Source: Armatimonadota bacterium
Lineage (GTDB): Bacteria > Armatimonadota > UBA5829 > DTLH01
DNA length: 64,000 nucleotides
NCBI GenBank assembly: GCA_016190935.1
Contig: JACPPP010000046.1
Coordinates: forward strand, 20,317-84,316
Direction of reading: 5' to 3'
Part shown: in pieces, positions 54,259 through 64,000 of the stretch
How the letters are laid out: each line of letters opens with the position of its first letter
How positions within the stretch are numbered: the first letter of the stretch is position 1
Notes under the pieces: model-generated
What the model was told of the DNA's origin: nothing
Database searches by the model: none
The model's input: the letters and a program-made list of their open reading frames with translations, nothing else
Position numbers and translations under genes: made by a program

Positions 54259-55587
54259 CTACGCGTAATCCCGAGCATCACTGCTCATACCGGAAAGGAG
54301 ATGCTTTATCATAGGACACAGCGCAATAGCGACGACCGCCACTACGGCAAACGTGACCCTGAACGACAACACATCGCACAGCCAACCGATCAGAAGCGGC
54401 CCCAGGCTAACGCTCACATAGTTCTGTATCATCTGCACCGTGTAGTGTCCGGATCGATTCTCAGGTTTGGGCAGGCCGTAAATCAAGGCCAGGAATGCGG
54501 CGCTTTGGCCGATAACAAACACAGCGCCAATTGCCGTGCTCATATAAACCCCAATCTGGTTATGCAATACAAGCACCGGCACTATGGATAGAACTGCCAC
54601 CAAGGGCCAGAATGGAAGCATACGCTTTGGATGCAATTTATCGGTTATCTTGCCGATAGGCCCGGACGTAACTATCCGCGCGATACTTGTTATCATCATC
54701 AAGACGGCTGCGAGCGCAGGCGCCATCTTGAGTTCCTTGTATCCGTAGTTTGCTATATACACATTGACAACCGGCCAAAGGAAGATCAATATACTCGAGT
54801 TGATCACCATCAGCTTGATGAAAGGTTTGTCTTGCCAAACAGCCTTCAGCATATTCTTTGACCACGGTCTTGGCGCATGCTCGATCGGTGTAGGCCGTTC
54901 TCGTCCGAAGAGCGCCATCACATAACCCAACTGACAGAAGAACCACGCCATCAAATACAGGTATCCAAATGCCATGGGTTTTACGAACTGCAGCAAAACC
55001 CATCCTCCCACCGCCGTCGAACCCATTGACGTAACAGATCCAACGCCTTGTGAGTACGCCGAATAACGACCTCGGTGGCTCATCGGTATGCAAGCAGCAA
55101 CATATTCCTGATGCGGCAGGCTGACAAATCCTCCAAAAAACCAGTTAACACCAGTCATAAGCGTGAGAAAGCCCAGCAGCCAGGAATCTGACAGATTAAA
55201 ATGCGTGGAAAGCCCCAGCGCCAAACCCATCACTCCCCAAGCTCCTATATATGGGATGTGCGAGACAAAGAGATACCACTTCTTGTATCTGAACCTGACG
55301 CTGATGAACGGTGCGAAAAACACCCCGATCAGCGCAAGTATGGTGAGGGAGTTTATGAACCCTATTCTGGTACTGGACGCTCCGAGCAACACCCAGAGCG
55401 GGGTGCTCGCCATAGTGAGGTCGGCGACACCCGTCGTGAAGATCGCGTCCAGCATTATGATGACCTTCATGTTGTGCCGGATGTCGGCGTCAGAAATAAC
55501 ATGGCGCTCACCAACGCCCAAATTGCTTATCGTGTCAACCTGGGTTTCGACCACAGTTTCGATAACGCTATCTTTGCTGTTAGCCAT
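54259..55587 (-). CDS. MFS-type transporter (likely sugar/glycoside)
   Basis: 442 aa with about 12 hydrophobic segments; adjacent to a GH38 mannosidase. Confidence 0.55.
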   Translation of the reverse strand: MANSKDSVIETVVETQVDTISNLGVGERHVISDADIRHNMKVIIMLDAIFTTGVADLTMASTPLWVLLGASSTRIGFINSLTILALIGVFFAPFISVRFRYKKWYLFVSHIPYIGAWGVMGLALGLSTHFNLSDSWLLGFLTLMTGVNWFFGGFVSLPHQEYVAACIPMSHRGRYSAYSQGVGSVTSMGSTAVGGWVLLQFVKPMAFGYLYLMAWFFCQLGYVMALFGRERPTPIEHAPRPWSKNMLKAVWQDKPFIKLMVINSSILIFLWPVVNVYIANYGYKELKMAPALAAVLMMITSIARIVTSGPIGKITDKLHPKRMLPFWPLVAVLSIVPVLVLHNQIGVYMSTAIGAVFVIGQSAAFLALIYGLPKPENRSGHYTVQMIQNYVSVSLGPLLIGWLCDVLSFRVTFAVVAVVAIALCPMIKHLLSGMSSDARDYA

Positions 55588-55590
55588 GGA

Positions 55591-58353
55591 TTAATCTCCA
55601 CAATTGAAGGCCGGTCTCACTCCGAGCGTCCTTACAGCTTTCGGGGGCAGCTCTGCAGCGACAGTTCTTCCATCTACCCCTACGGCCGAGCGCTCCCACG
55701 GTCGCTCATCCAAATCTAATAGGTCGGCGCTCTCGATGTTTTGATCCAGCATCAGTTTGAGTTCTGCAGCATCCGCCGACAGGTTCACCATGCGCGCGAT
55801 AAGCATATCATCTTGCTCCGCCACCTTGAGCGCGCTCGGAATTAACGGATCAGAGACTGTAGCACGGATGAACGCCCCGGACTTATCAACAGTTGGCGCA
55901 AGTTTCCTTTGATGGACAACCATATCCACCTTGTGGTTGTAGGCTTGCCTTATCGATTTGGCGGCAATTATGTCTCCCGCACATGGAATCACGGAATAGT
56001 GAAACTGATGTATCCCTTGACACTGGGCATCTGGAGTAAACATATAGTTGCGTCCTTTGCTGCCGTCTTCCCTGTGACCCCGCCTCGTGTTCGATAGGTC
56101 TCCTCTTGAACCCCATTCAACACATCGGAGGAGCGTCAAGGCGAATGTGCGACGGTCGTCCGCGCAAAGCTCATATTCTGTCAGCCCTCGATTTGCAATA
56201 ACAAGGCTCTTGCCAGGAGATGATGCGCCTGCAAATGTGAGCTGCGGGCGCGTTGGAAGAGGATCTTCCATCCATCCACCAACATAGCCGACAGCCATAT
56301 CTCGCTCGACGATGTCAAATACAGTCTCTGAGAATGAGACATCGGCAATTATGTCTGTTGGAAAGAGAACTCGCATACGATGATCCCGAACATTGTTCTC
56401 AACCACTGTCGTGATGTCTACTCTTGGAACGCCGGCAGCCAAAGCAACAAAGGACACTATCTTGAGGGCACATTGCCGATCTGATCGCCTGCTTTTCGCT
56501 TCACGGATGAGACATTCGGGAGTGTCAATCTCGTACTCAACCCGGTAAACTCTAAAGGCCTCGCCTTTGGATTCCAGCGACACGGCCGCCTCGTATTGCG
56601 AGCTTGTAACGATTTGATCATCGTCCGGCGGACAGTAGTTGTACTCATCCCCGCGGTCACCGCTGTCTTCGAAATAGTGCAGCCCGGTGTAAGAAAGGCC
56701 GGACCGAAGATCGAGAACGTCAAAGGTCCCATTTCGATTGAATGAAAGTCGCACGCAATCGGTCTCTGCCCCAGGCAGTCCATCATTCGTTGTGAAATTG
56801 GTTATGAGTTTTCCTTTCGCCGCGGCTCCTCGCCCCGGTCGCACCTCGAGAGCTTTATAGCCCCAACCAGGGACGTTTTCCACGAGAAGACGCACTGTGT
56901 AACTGTGGCAGTCGTCGAACACAGGGAAATTGTCCAACGACTCGGCTGCATTGAACGATACAAAATCCTTGTTCTCGGCCAGCACTGTATACGGAACGTA
57001 ACGTTCTCCGTCGAAGAGTGAGAATTGCTCCCACGCTTCGTCTCTTGGTACCTGTACCTCGGCCTCGATTAGCTCCGTACGCTCCCAGGGCAGTGTATTG
57101 AAAATCAGAAGATGCGGAGTCCTTGATAGCTCGCTCCGACCGGATAATGCGTCGGCGATATTCTTGCTCGCGTACTCCGAGAGCATTTCCGCTATCTGCC
57201 GGGCTGATGAGAACCTTGTCATCATCTCCCGGTGGACTTCGTCCAGGCTGCAGCCGCAGATGCTATCGTGTGCATGGTTCTTAATCAACTCCTTCCATGC
57301 CGCGTTAAGAAGCGCGCGAGGATACTCTGCTCCCATAAGCCACGCAAACGCACAAAGCGGCTCCGCCTTATACGCAAGCGAGGTCTCTGTCCGTTCGTTC
57401 TCCTGCTTCAGATACATACGGGTCGAAAGAGTGCCTTGCAGCATTTCCATCTCTTGTGATTTTCGCTGCTCACCTCGCACGACCGGTAAGTCCACCATCT
57501 CGTGCCTCACGGCCTCAAAATACCTCGGCAAAGAGCTCTGCACAACGCTTGTTCCATCAACTGTTCCATCCAATGCGTCCATGGTTCGCGGGAGGTTCGG
57601 ATTCGGGAACCTGTGGTCCACGCCATTCATCAGGAGAAACTGGCTCGTCAAGGCTGTCCGTCCGATTCGCTCCGTTGCTTCCACAACCTGGACTCGCGCC
57701 TCCTCCGGGGACTCGACCTTTAGTTCCGCTGCGTTCAGATATCCGAATTTGCCCTCCAGCTTGTGTATGAGGACCCTCGACCCATCGGGCGACTCCCACC
57801 AAGCTTCGGTCGGCACTTTGCTGTCAAACCCCCGCCAGACCACCGCGTTTCTGATTCCAAAACCCGCCAATATTTGCGGCATCTGACTTGGGAAACCGAA
57901 CTGATCGGGCATGTATCCGACAGGCATAGCCTCGCCAAAGTCCTCAGCCAGCCGACGGCCTATTTGAAGATTGCGGATGATCGACTCGCCGGACACAAGA
58001 AACAAATCCGGCAGCACGTACCAGGGGCCGACCGAAATCCGCCCGTTCCGCACCAGGTCAGCCAATTCCGCTTTCCTCTCAGGGTGGACCTCCAGATAAT
58101 CCTCCATGATGATAGCCTGTCCGTCCAGCAGGAAATACTTGTATTCCTCATCTTGCATAATAGCGATCAGCCGGTCTATCAGTCTCACCAGATTTATGCG
58201 AAACTGTTGGAATGTGAGGTACCATTCGCGGTCCCAGTGCGTATGGGCGACCACATGAACCGTCCTGGCGCTGGTTGATCCCGTTCTTGCGTGGTTATCT
58301 CCGTCCTGCCATTCAACGGCAATCCGCTCATCCGTGATTATCTCAGATGCCAT
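55591..58353 (-). CDS. Glycoside hydrolase family 38 alpha-mannosidase
   Basis: N-terminal VHVVAHTHWDREWY and downstream DQFGFPSQMPQIL motifs typical of GH38. Confidence 0.8.
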   Translation of the reverse strand: MASEIITDERIAVEWQDGDNHARTGSTSARTVHVVAHTHWDREWYLTFQQFRINLVRLIDRLIAIMQDEEYKYFLLDGQAIIMEDYLEVHPERKAELADLVRNGRISVGPWYVLPDLFLVSGESIIRNLQIGRRLAEDFGEAMPVGYMPDQFGFPSQMPQILAGFGIRNAVVWRGFDSKVPTEAWWESPDGSRVLIHKLEGKFGYLNAAELKVESPEEARVQVVEATERIGRTALTSQFLLMNGVDHRFPNPNLPRTMDALDGTVDGTSVVQSSLPRYFEAVRHEMVDLPVVRGEQRKSQEMEMLQGTLSTRMYLKQENERTETSLAYKAEPLCAFAWLMGAEYPRALLNAAWKELIKNHAHDSICGCSLDEVHREMMTRFSSARQIAEMLSEYASKNIADALSGRSELSRTPHLLIFNTLPWERTELIEAEVQVPRDEAWEQFSLFDGERYVPYTVLAENKDFVSFNAAESLDNFPVFDDCHSYTVRLLVENVPGWGYKALEVRPGRGAAAKGKLITNFTTNDGLPGAETDCVRLSFNRNGTFDVLDLRSGLSYTGLHYFEDSGDRGDEYNYCPPDDDQIVTSSQYEAAVSLESKGEAFRVYRVEYEIDTPECLIREAKSRRSDRQCALKIVSFVALAAGVPRVDITTVVENNVRDHRMRVLFPTDIIADVSFSETVFDIVERDMAVGYVGGWMEDPLPTRPQLTFAGASSPGKSLVIANRGLTEYELCADDRRTFALTLLRCVEWGSRGDLSNTRRGHREDGSKGRNYMFTPDAQCQGIHQFHYSVIPCAGDIIAAKSIRQAYNHKVDMVVHQRKLAPTVDKSGAFIRATVSDPLIPSALKVAEQDDMLIARMVNLSADAAELKLMLDQNIESADLLDLDERPWERSAVGVDGRTVAAELPPKAVRTLGVRPAFNCGD

Positions 58354-58356
58354 AAA

Positions 58357-59136
58357 CTACCCCATCTCTACTCCGCCGGTGACGTTGATGGCCTGTCCGG
58401 TCATGTAGCTCGATTCATCAGAGACCAGGAATGCAACAACATTTGCCACATCTTCGACTATCGCCAAACGGCCAAGCGGAATACGCTGTGTCAGGTAATT
58501 CTGAACATTATCCGGATTAATCCCCCGCTTTGCGGCGTAATCTGCCTGCATGTCTTCCCACATCTTCGTGAACACAACACCTGGGCAGACGGCGTTGATG
58601 TTTATGCCAAAGGGGGCATATTCCACTGCGATGCTTTGTGTCAATCCAATGACTCCAAACTTAGATGCGCAGTAGGCCGCATACCAGGAGTTGCCTTTCT
58701 TGCCGGACTGAGAACTGATGTTGACGATCTTCCCATAGCCCCGTGCCGCCATACCCGGAAGAACCTCTCTGCAGCATAGAAACGTGCCGCGAAGGTTGAT
58801 GTCGAGCACCGCGTCCCAAATTTCCACGGTTGTTTTTTCCAAAGGGAGAATAGGCGAGATACCGGCGCAGTTGATCAGGATGTCTACCCGCCCAAGTCTG
58901 CTTTCGACGGCCTCGACCATGCTTTTAACCTGGTCCTCGTCGCGCACATCGACACATACCGCCATTGCGTCGTCTATCTGTGAGGCAGTTGCTTCAGCCG
59001 CTTCGAGTGTGACATCGCCTACCGCAACCCGGCTTCCTTCAGCCGCCAGCCTGATTGCGACTCCGGCGCCTATGTCGCCCCCGCCGCCGGTCACGAGCGC
59101 CACCTTTCTTGAACATCTTGGACCGCTCACTGGCAT
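58357..59136 (-). CDS. Short-chain dehydrogenase/reductase (SDR)
   Basis: Rossmann motif VALVTGGGGDIGAG, catalytic YAASKFGV (YxxxK), NISS region. Confidence 0.8.
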   Translation of the reverse strand: MPVSGPRCSRKVALVTGGGGDIGAGVAIRLAAEGSRVAVGDVTLEAAEATASQIDDAMAVCVDVRDEDQVKSMVEAVESRLGRVDILINCAGISPILPLEKTTVEIWDAVLDINLRGTFLCCREVLPGMAARGYGKIVNISSQSGKKGNSWYAAYCASKFGVIGLTQSIAVEYAPFGININAVCPGVVFTKMWEDMQADYAAKRGINPDNVQNYLTQRIPLGRLAIVEDVANVVAFLVSDESSYMTGQAINVTGGVEMG

Positions 59137-60182
59137 TTCTCGTCCTCAAACGTTACGCATATCTTCAGAGCGCGGCGCTCCTTCATCAATTCTATGCCTT
59201 CGAGAACTCTATCGAGCGGCAACCTGTGGCTGATCAGCTTATCGACCGGGACCATTTGACTATCTAGCACATCGAGTGCCTCCCTGACGTGCTCCGGCCT
59301 TGAATCCGAAGCGCCGACGATTCGGATTTCCCGATAGTGAACAGTCCGGCTGTCGATCGAAATCAAGGAGTCGCACATGGGCAAGCTTGCGAACAGGCAT
59401 ACTCTTCCACCCTTTGCAGTAAGCCCAACCGCGCGCTCCATGGCCGAGCGGTCCGGGGCGGCTACGACCACCACGTCAGCGCCCCGTCCGTCCGTGGCAT
59501 TCATTATCTTCGACTCCAGATCGGCGTCCGATGCCGAAAGCGACAGGTCCGGTCCGAATTCTTCGGACGTCTTTCGCCTGGCTTCGCTGCGTTGAATGAT
59601 CGCTACTTTTGCAGCGTCATACCATCTGGCAACAAACAGGTGCAGGAGACCCAGAGGGCCTGCACCTATAATAACTACAAAATCATGAGATCCGACACCC
59701 GCGATTTTTTGAGAGTTTATAACGCACGAGAGAGGCTCCGCCAGGGCTGCCGCATCATCCGTCACTGAGTCAGGCACCTTCACAATGTTCCTTTGCTTGA
59801 GCGCCTGAGCGGGAATAGGCACATATTCGGCAAGCGCGCCGGGATAGTCATAGCTTATGCACTTCAGGTTCTGGCAGAGGTTTCCCAGGCCACGACGGCA
59901 CAGCCGGCACTCTCCACAGGAGATGCTCGTTGCCATAGTTATTCTGTCTCCGATCTCGAAATCGGTCACGGTCGGATCTTTTCCACAGACAACACCGGCA
60001 AACTCGTGGCCGATGATCTGAGGCGGTTTGCACCTGGGGTTGCCGGAGTAATAGAGCTTCAGGTCCGTGCCGCACAAAAGGCAGCGCTTCACCTTTACAA
60101 GAAGCCCGCCCTCCGGCACGGTTGGTTCCGCCACTTCTCTTACCGTAAGATTACCGACGCCTCCGTACACGGCTGCTTTCAT
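59127..60182 (-). CDS. Zinc-dependent alcohol dehydrogenase (MDR family; sorbitol/threonine dehydrogenase-like)
   Basis: GHEFAGVV catalytic zinc motif, structural zinc CGECRLC, Rossmann IIGAGPLGL. Confidence 0.8.
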   Translation of the reverse strand: MKAAVYGGVGNLTVREVAEPTVPEGGLLVKVKRCLLCGTDLKLYYSGNPRCKPPQIIGHEFAGVVCGKDPTVTDFEIGDRITMATSISCGECRLCRRGLGNLCQNLKCISYDYPGALAEYVPIPAQALKQRNIVKVPDSVTDDAAALAEPLSCVINSQKIAGVGSHDFVVIIGAGPLGLLHLFVARWYDAAKVAIIQRSEARRKTSEEFGPDLSLSASDADLESKIMNATDGRGADVVVVAAPDRSAMERAVGLTAKGGRVCLFASLPMCDSLISIDSRTVHYREIRIVGASDSRPEHVREALDVLDSQMVPVDKLISHRLPLDRVLEGIELMKERRALKICVTFEDEKCQ

Positions 60183-60413
60183 ACACCTGTACCTTCACGC
60201 TCCAATGAACCAAACAATCGTGTATAGCCGAACAGCCGGAAGTAGTCCTTTATCTGTTCGACTACGCAGGTATCCAGACACCGTCTCTTCTGTAGGTGAC
60301 CGTAAAGGGGCATTTCGTCTCCACAAAATTATGTCGGGGCCTGCAACAGACCCCGACACTCCGGACAAACACGGCTCTGTCTCTAACGGACATACCGCTT
60401 TTGGGGACAGTAA

Positions 60414-63400
60414 CTACGGAGTAATCTCCTCAACAGTAATCGCCCGGATAACCCTCTTCACTTCGCCCGCATCAAGCTCACACGAACTGATCCCGGTCAC
60501 CCGGACATATATTCCTTCAAGCGGGTACGCCTCCGACAGAACCTTAAGGCTTACACCTGAACCGTCGTCCAAGAAGAACCTGCTGGCATCGGGCAGGCTG
60601 ACGGTTCCCGTGGTTGTCACCAATAGCCCGATGTTGTTCAGACCCGATGCGCCCGTTATTCCCTGCTGCAGCCCTGCAGGACCGCCGCCCAGCGCCCTGT
60701 TGTTCAGCGCCAGCGGATCTACGGAGCCGCTGCCCACATCGACAGCTATCACACCCTCTATGTAGCGCTCCGCATTGGTCGGATCCGTCTTGATCTTTCC
60801 GCCGACTACAACCTTTCTGCCGACTGAGACGCCGCTGCCGGCTAGATCGACGCGGATACCAGCCTGCCGGTTCAGTTCCTCGACATAGAAGCTGCCACCA
60901 AATACGGCAGTTACCGCAACCTCACCGGTCCATACATCCGTGTTATCGGCCAGGGCCTTGATGTCCGATATGTCCGTGGGTGTACCCGGTGTAATATATC
61001 CTATCACATCTATTGTCGCCATAACACCCGTCAGGTCGCCGGTAGTACCATCCTCGGTTGGTCCCACGGCGAAATCAATCGTATCTCCTTGAGCGACAAC
61101 TATTTCGCCGGTGTAGGTCTGGGTCGGAGCATCGCCGAATGCGGCAGGGAAACCTTCGCCCCCGCCCGCGTAACCGGAAACCACGCCATCGAACAATGAG
61201 GCGCCGTTCTTATAGACGTGAACATCGGCCGTCGTGCCCTTGGAACCACCGTAATATCGACCGCTGAACGTGACGTCGATGCTCACCCTTGCGTTCACCG
61301 GGGAGACGAACCGGTATGTGCCCATGTTGTCACCCGGAGGTCCAGGATGTGTGGTGGTCATCAGCGCATCTGCATCGCTGTAGCCATCATTCCAGCGGCC
61401 GGCATTTGTGTTCTTGAACACCGGAGGCCAAATCCAGCCCTTCATGCCGCCGCCATAGAAGTCGGATGAGGAAGCCGCAAGCGAGAAGTTCGTTATGTCT
61501 CCTTTTCCTCCGTATCGCCAGACGCCGTTAGGATTGACCTCCGTTGAGAACTCATCCGAGGCATTCCAGGGCAGAGACAGGTCAAGCGAGAAGTTCCTCT
61601 CGGTCGTGGCTCCGGCAGACACAACCAGGCCCGATGCCACGCCGTCGGCATAACCGCCCACGGACACGTTAACAGTGTAAGTGCCCTCATAGACGGTCAT
61701 AGAATAATCGCCGTTCGCGTCTGTGAAATCCCAAACCGAACCATCCGATATCTGAACCTTTGCTCCCTGGATGGGCAGATTGCCCGGCACATTCGCGGTA
61801 ACACGTCCGGAGATAGTTCCGGTCAGTTCCTCCAGGATGACATTCAGAGGCGTCGTGCCACCCGTGCTGACACTTACATTTGCCTCCTGCTTGCTGGTAA
61901 AACCCGCAGCGCTGAAATCGAGCGTGTAGGCGCCGCTCGGCAAGAACAGCGAGTAACCGCCGTTTTCGTTCGACAACGTCGAAACACCGGCCCCTAGAGC
62001 TTCCACCCGGGCTCCGGCCACCGGCGGATTGCCCGCTCTGTTGGAGCTTACAGTGCCCGTTACCGCTCCAAGAGTATCATCGAGGACGGTGATCGTTCCC
62101 TCAACGCCCGTAAGGTCGGCGCTCGATCCCTCGTCGAATCCAACACTGAAGTCGACCGTATCGCTTTGTGAAATAGTCGTGTGAATCGAAGCGTTCTGTT
62201 CAGGAGAGCTGCCGAAGGGCGGGCGGGCATCGAGACCTGCGTAGCCCGATACCAAACCATCGAACAGCGACACGCCATTCTTGTAGATGTGGACATCGGC
62301 TGTTGTGCCCTTCGCGCCGCCGTAGTATCTGCCGCTGAACCTGGCGTCGATCCTGACTTTTGCGCTGACGGGAGAGGTAAACCGATAGGTTGCCATTGGG
62401 TCGCCGGGCGGTCCTGGGTGTGCGGTGGTCATCTGGGCCGCGGCGTCACTGTATCCATCGCTCCACGAATAGTCATTAGTGTTAAACATTATTGTGGGCC
62501 AGATCCAGCCCTTCATGCCTCCGCCGTAGTAGTCTGAAGCTTCTGCGGAAAGGCTGAAATTCGTTGGGAGTGACTTCCCCCCGTATTTCCAAACGCCGTA
62601 AGGATTGACTTCGTATGAGTAGTCAGTAGCCGTATTCCACACCTGGTTCGCATCCAGTGAGATATTCTGAGTTGTGGTTCCTCCCGCGGTAATGACCACT
62701 CCCATCACCTCCTGGTAGGCGTAGCCTCCAGCGGATACAGCGAGTGTATGCGTGTCTTCAACCACCCACAAGGAGTAATCACCGTTCTCGTCCGTGAAAT
62801 CCGACACTGAGCCACCGAGAATAGAGACTTTTGCTCCCTCCACCGGCGGGTTGCCCGGCGCATTCGCGGTGACTTTGCCGCTCACGGTCCCGTGCTTGTC
62901 AACCAGTGTGGCGTTCACGGTTGTCGCGCCTCCGGTAGTGATAACCACGCCAGCTTGCTGAGCAGTGACATACCCATCCGCACTGAACTCAAGCGTGTAT
63001 GTGCCTTGAGGCAGTATCAAGCTATAGGCGCCGTTGGAAGCAGTGCGCGTCCATAATCCCGTGCCGAGGGCTTCCACTTTCGCTCCTGATACCGTGCCTC
63101 CTAAATTCGAAGATACAGTCCCGGAAACAGTGCCAACATTGGTGTCGACCACCGATATGGTGACCTCGACACCCGTCATATCACCCGTATTGCTGCCGTT
63201 GTACGCGCCGACAACAAAGTCGATTGTGCCGTTGGATGCAACTGTCACGTCAGAGGAGAATATCTGCTCGAAATCACCCCAGGCGCCGACTCCTCCCCAA
63301 CCGGCAAAGCCGTTGATAACGGCGTCGAATAGCGACACACCTGATCTCACAACGTGAACATCGGTAGTTGTGCCGCTTGCGCCGCCGTAGTATCTTCCAG

Positions 63401-63854
63401 TGAATCTTGCGTAAACATTGAGTTTTGCTGTAACCGGCGAAGTGAAACGGGTAGCAGCCATTGGAAGGAGCAACGTGTTGACCCCTGGAGCCTCTGTTAC
63501 CATTCCCGGCTCCACATAGCTGTATCCATCGTCCCAACCCGCCCCTGAGGTGTCTTTCATTACAAGAGGGTAAGCCCAACCCATGTAACCGTTGCCCCAG
63601 TCGGGTTTCGATGTGGCCGTGGAGAAGGAAGACGCGGTCACGCTCATCTTTCCCCCGTATCTCCACACACCATTGGGATTGGACGTCGTTGAGAAATCAG
63701 TTGCAAGATCCCAAGGACCCTGTGCCATGACACTTGCTGAAATAGACAGCACAAATCCGACCATTACGCCCAGCATCAGAATCCCCATCCCCACTCTCGC
63801 CGAGAGTGACCGCTGAAATCCGGACTTTGTCAGTGCTTTGCACCTAACCATTGC
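60414..63854 (-). CDS. Large secreted repeat protein: signal peptide, 3 x about 356-aa repeats (unassigned about 150-aa domain + carboxypeptidase-regulatory-like domains), C-terminal domain
   Basis: Start chosen at MVRCK (63854) preceded by an aaggagag RBS. Signal peptide MGILMLGVMVGFVLSISASVMA. Repeats begin W(D/N)xAxDxSxxxNPxGVW(R/K)YGGK. CarbopepD_reg-like units GTVSGTVSSN...YTLEFSADGY. Confidence 0.6.
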   Translation of the reverse strand, partial: AMVRCKALTKSGFQRSLSARVGMGILMLGVMVGFVLSISASVMAQGPWDLATDFSTTSNPNGVWRYGGKMSVTASSFSTATSKPDWGNGYMGWAYPLVMKDTSGAGWDDGYSYVEPGMVTEAPGVNTLLLPMAATRFTSPVTAKLNVYARFTGRYYGGASGTTTDVHVVRSGVSLFDAVINGFAGWGGVGAWGDFEQIFSSDVTVASNGTIDFVVGAYNGSNTGDMTGVEVTISVVDTNVGTVSGTVSSNLGGTVSGAKVEALGTGLWTRTASNGAYSLILPQGTYTLEFSADGYVTAQQAGVVITTGGATTVNATLVDKHGTVSGKVTANAPGNPPVEGAKVSILGGSVSDFTDENGDYSLWVVEDTHTLAVSAGGYAYQEVMGVVITAGGTTTQNISLDANQVWNTATDYSYEVNPYGVWKYGGKSLPTNFSLSAEASDYYGGGMKGWIWPTIMFNTNDYSWSDGYSDAAAQMTTAHPGPPGDPMATYRFTSPVSAKVRIDARFSGRYYGGAKGTTADVHIYKNGVSLFDGLVSGYAGLDARPPFGSSPEQNASIHTTISQSDTVDFSVGFDEGSSADLTGVEGTITVLDDTLGAVTGTVSSNRAGNPPVAGARVEALGAGVSTLSNENGGYSLFLPSGAYTLDFSAAGFTSKQEANVSVSTGGTTPLNVILEELTGTISGRVTANVPGNLPIQGAKVQISDGSVWDFTDANGDYSMTVYEGTYTVNVSVGGYADGVASGLVVSAGATTERNFSLDLSLPWNASDEFSTEVNPNGVWRYGGKGDITNFSLAASSSDFYGGGMKGWIWPPVFKNTNAGRWNDGYSDADALMTTTHPGPPGDNMGTYRFVSPVNARVSIDVTFSGRYYGGSKGTTADVHVYKNGASLFDGVVSGYAGGGEGFPAAFGDAPTQTYTGEIVVAQGDTIDFAVGPTEDGTTGDLTGVMATIDVIGYITPGTPTDISDIKALADNTDVWTGEVAVTAVFGGSFYVEELNRQAGIRVDLAGSGVSVGRKVVVGGKIKTDPTNAERYIEGVIAVDVGSGSVDPLALNNRALGGGPAGLQQGITGASGLNNIGLLVTTTGTVSLPDASRFFLDDGSGVSLKVLSEAYPLEGIYVRVTGISSCELDAGEVKRVIRAITVEEITP
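61000..63720. repeat. Three in-frame tandem repeats of about 1.07 kb within the surface-protein gene
   Basis: Protein-level repeats at about aa 91, 447 and 803 of the track ORF, corresponding to about nt 63719, 62651 and 61583. Confidence 0.5.
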
Positions 63855-64000
63855 TTCTCTCCTTTCTTTTCCATCTTCTGCGATAAAATCCTTAGTCACT
63901 TGTTTGCCACCTAGCCATTGATTCTCTTGCCTGCAAAAAATTCCTGAGGTTTTATTACTTGTCTGTTTTTTGCGCTTGGCCTTTCTCATAGATTGGCCTT

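Noticed and set aside
1-64000. CRISPR arrays or short tandem direct repeats
   Set aside because: No regularly spaced short repeats seen. The only repeat structure is the in-frame protein repeats at about 61.0-63.7 kb.

Overview
High-GC bacterial window. The left ~53 kb is a mosaic mobile/defence island and the right ~11 kb is ordinary carbohydrate-metabolism and cell-surface genes. All calls below are from reading the translated ORFs and sequence motifs only; no database search or computation was possible.

Left to right:
- 1-2915: phage/plasmid-like module with a truncated sigma-70-type factor, two tandem RuvC-like resolvases, a winged-helix replication-initiator-like protein and an XRE HTH.
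- 3577-8528: complete QatABCD (KAP NTPase / QatB / QueC-like / TatD) anti-phage operon, with an apparent frameshift in qatB.
- 8971-9955: tyrosine integrase with an apparent +1 frameshift.
- 10001-15400: type III CBASS operon (CapH HTH, CapP peptidase, TRIP13-like AAA+, two HORMA-like proteins, CD-NTase, Cap4-like nuclease-SAVED effector).
- 15465-18459: an unclassified two-gene module, a MORC-like GHKL ATPase fused to a PD-(D/E)xK nuclease domain plus a double-zinc-ribbon protein with an HEPN-like Rx4H motif.
- 18710-32154: a large candidate hybrid locus combining an SspB/C/D-like phosphorothioation set (DUF4007-like, DUF499-like ATPase, PAPS-reductase-like) with a second giant BrxC/PglY-like ATPase, a PglZ-domain protein, a HerA/FtsK-like ATPase and three unknown small proteins.
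- 32246-35042: AlpA-like excisionase, large serine recombinase A and a degenerate resolvase domain.
- 35300-37912: a secreted PHP/TolB-propeller protein.
- 38644-43315: a DUF2201-type VWA + MoxR AAA+ + Cas4-like Fe-S PD-(D/E)xK nuclease + topoisomerase-type zinc-ribbon cluster, with a divergent TraD/HerA-like ATPase at 43369-44673.
- 44811-50293: metallo-beta-lactamase-fold hydrolase + single-chain PHP-SMC ATPase (SbcCD-like) + DUF429-like protein.
- 50429-53015: a second excisionase-like gene and large serine recombinase B, abutting (ATGA overlap) an apparent 5'-truncated M14-like peptidase gene; this looks like an insertion site.
- 53101-63854: UroD-like protein, MFS transporter, GH38 alpha-mannosidase, SDR, Zn-ADH, and an ~1150-aa secreted protein with three ~356-aa internal repeats.

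Qat and CBASS are known systems. The most likely undescribed systems are the Ssp-like/PglZ hybrid, the GHKL-nuclease/HEPN pair, the VWA-MoxR-nuclease set and the PHP-SMC module. No tRNA, rRNA or CRISPR array was recognised.
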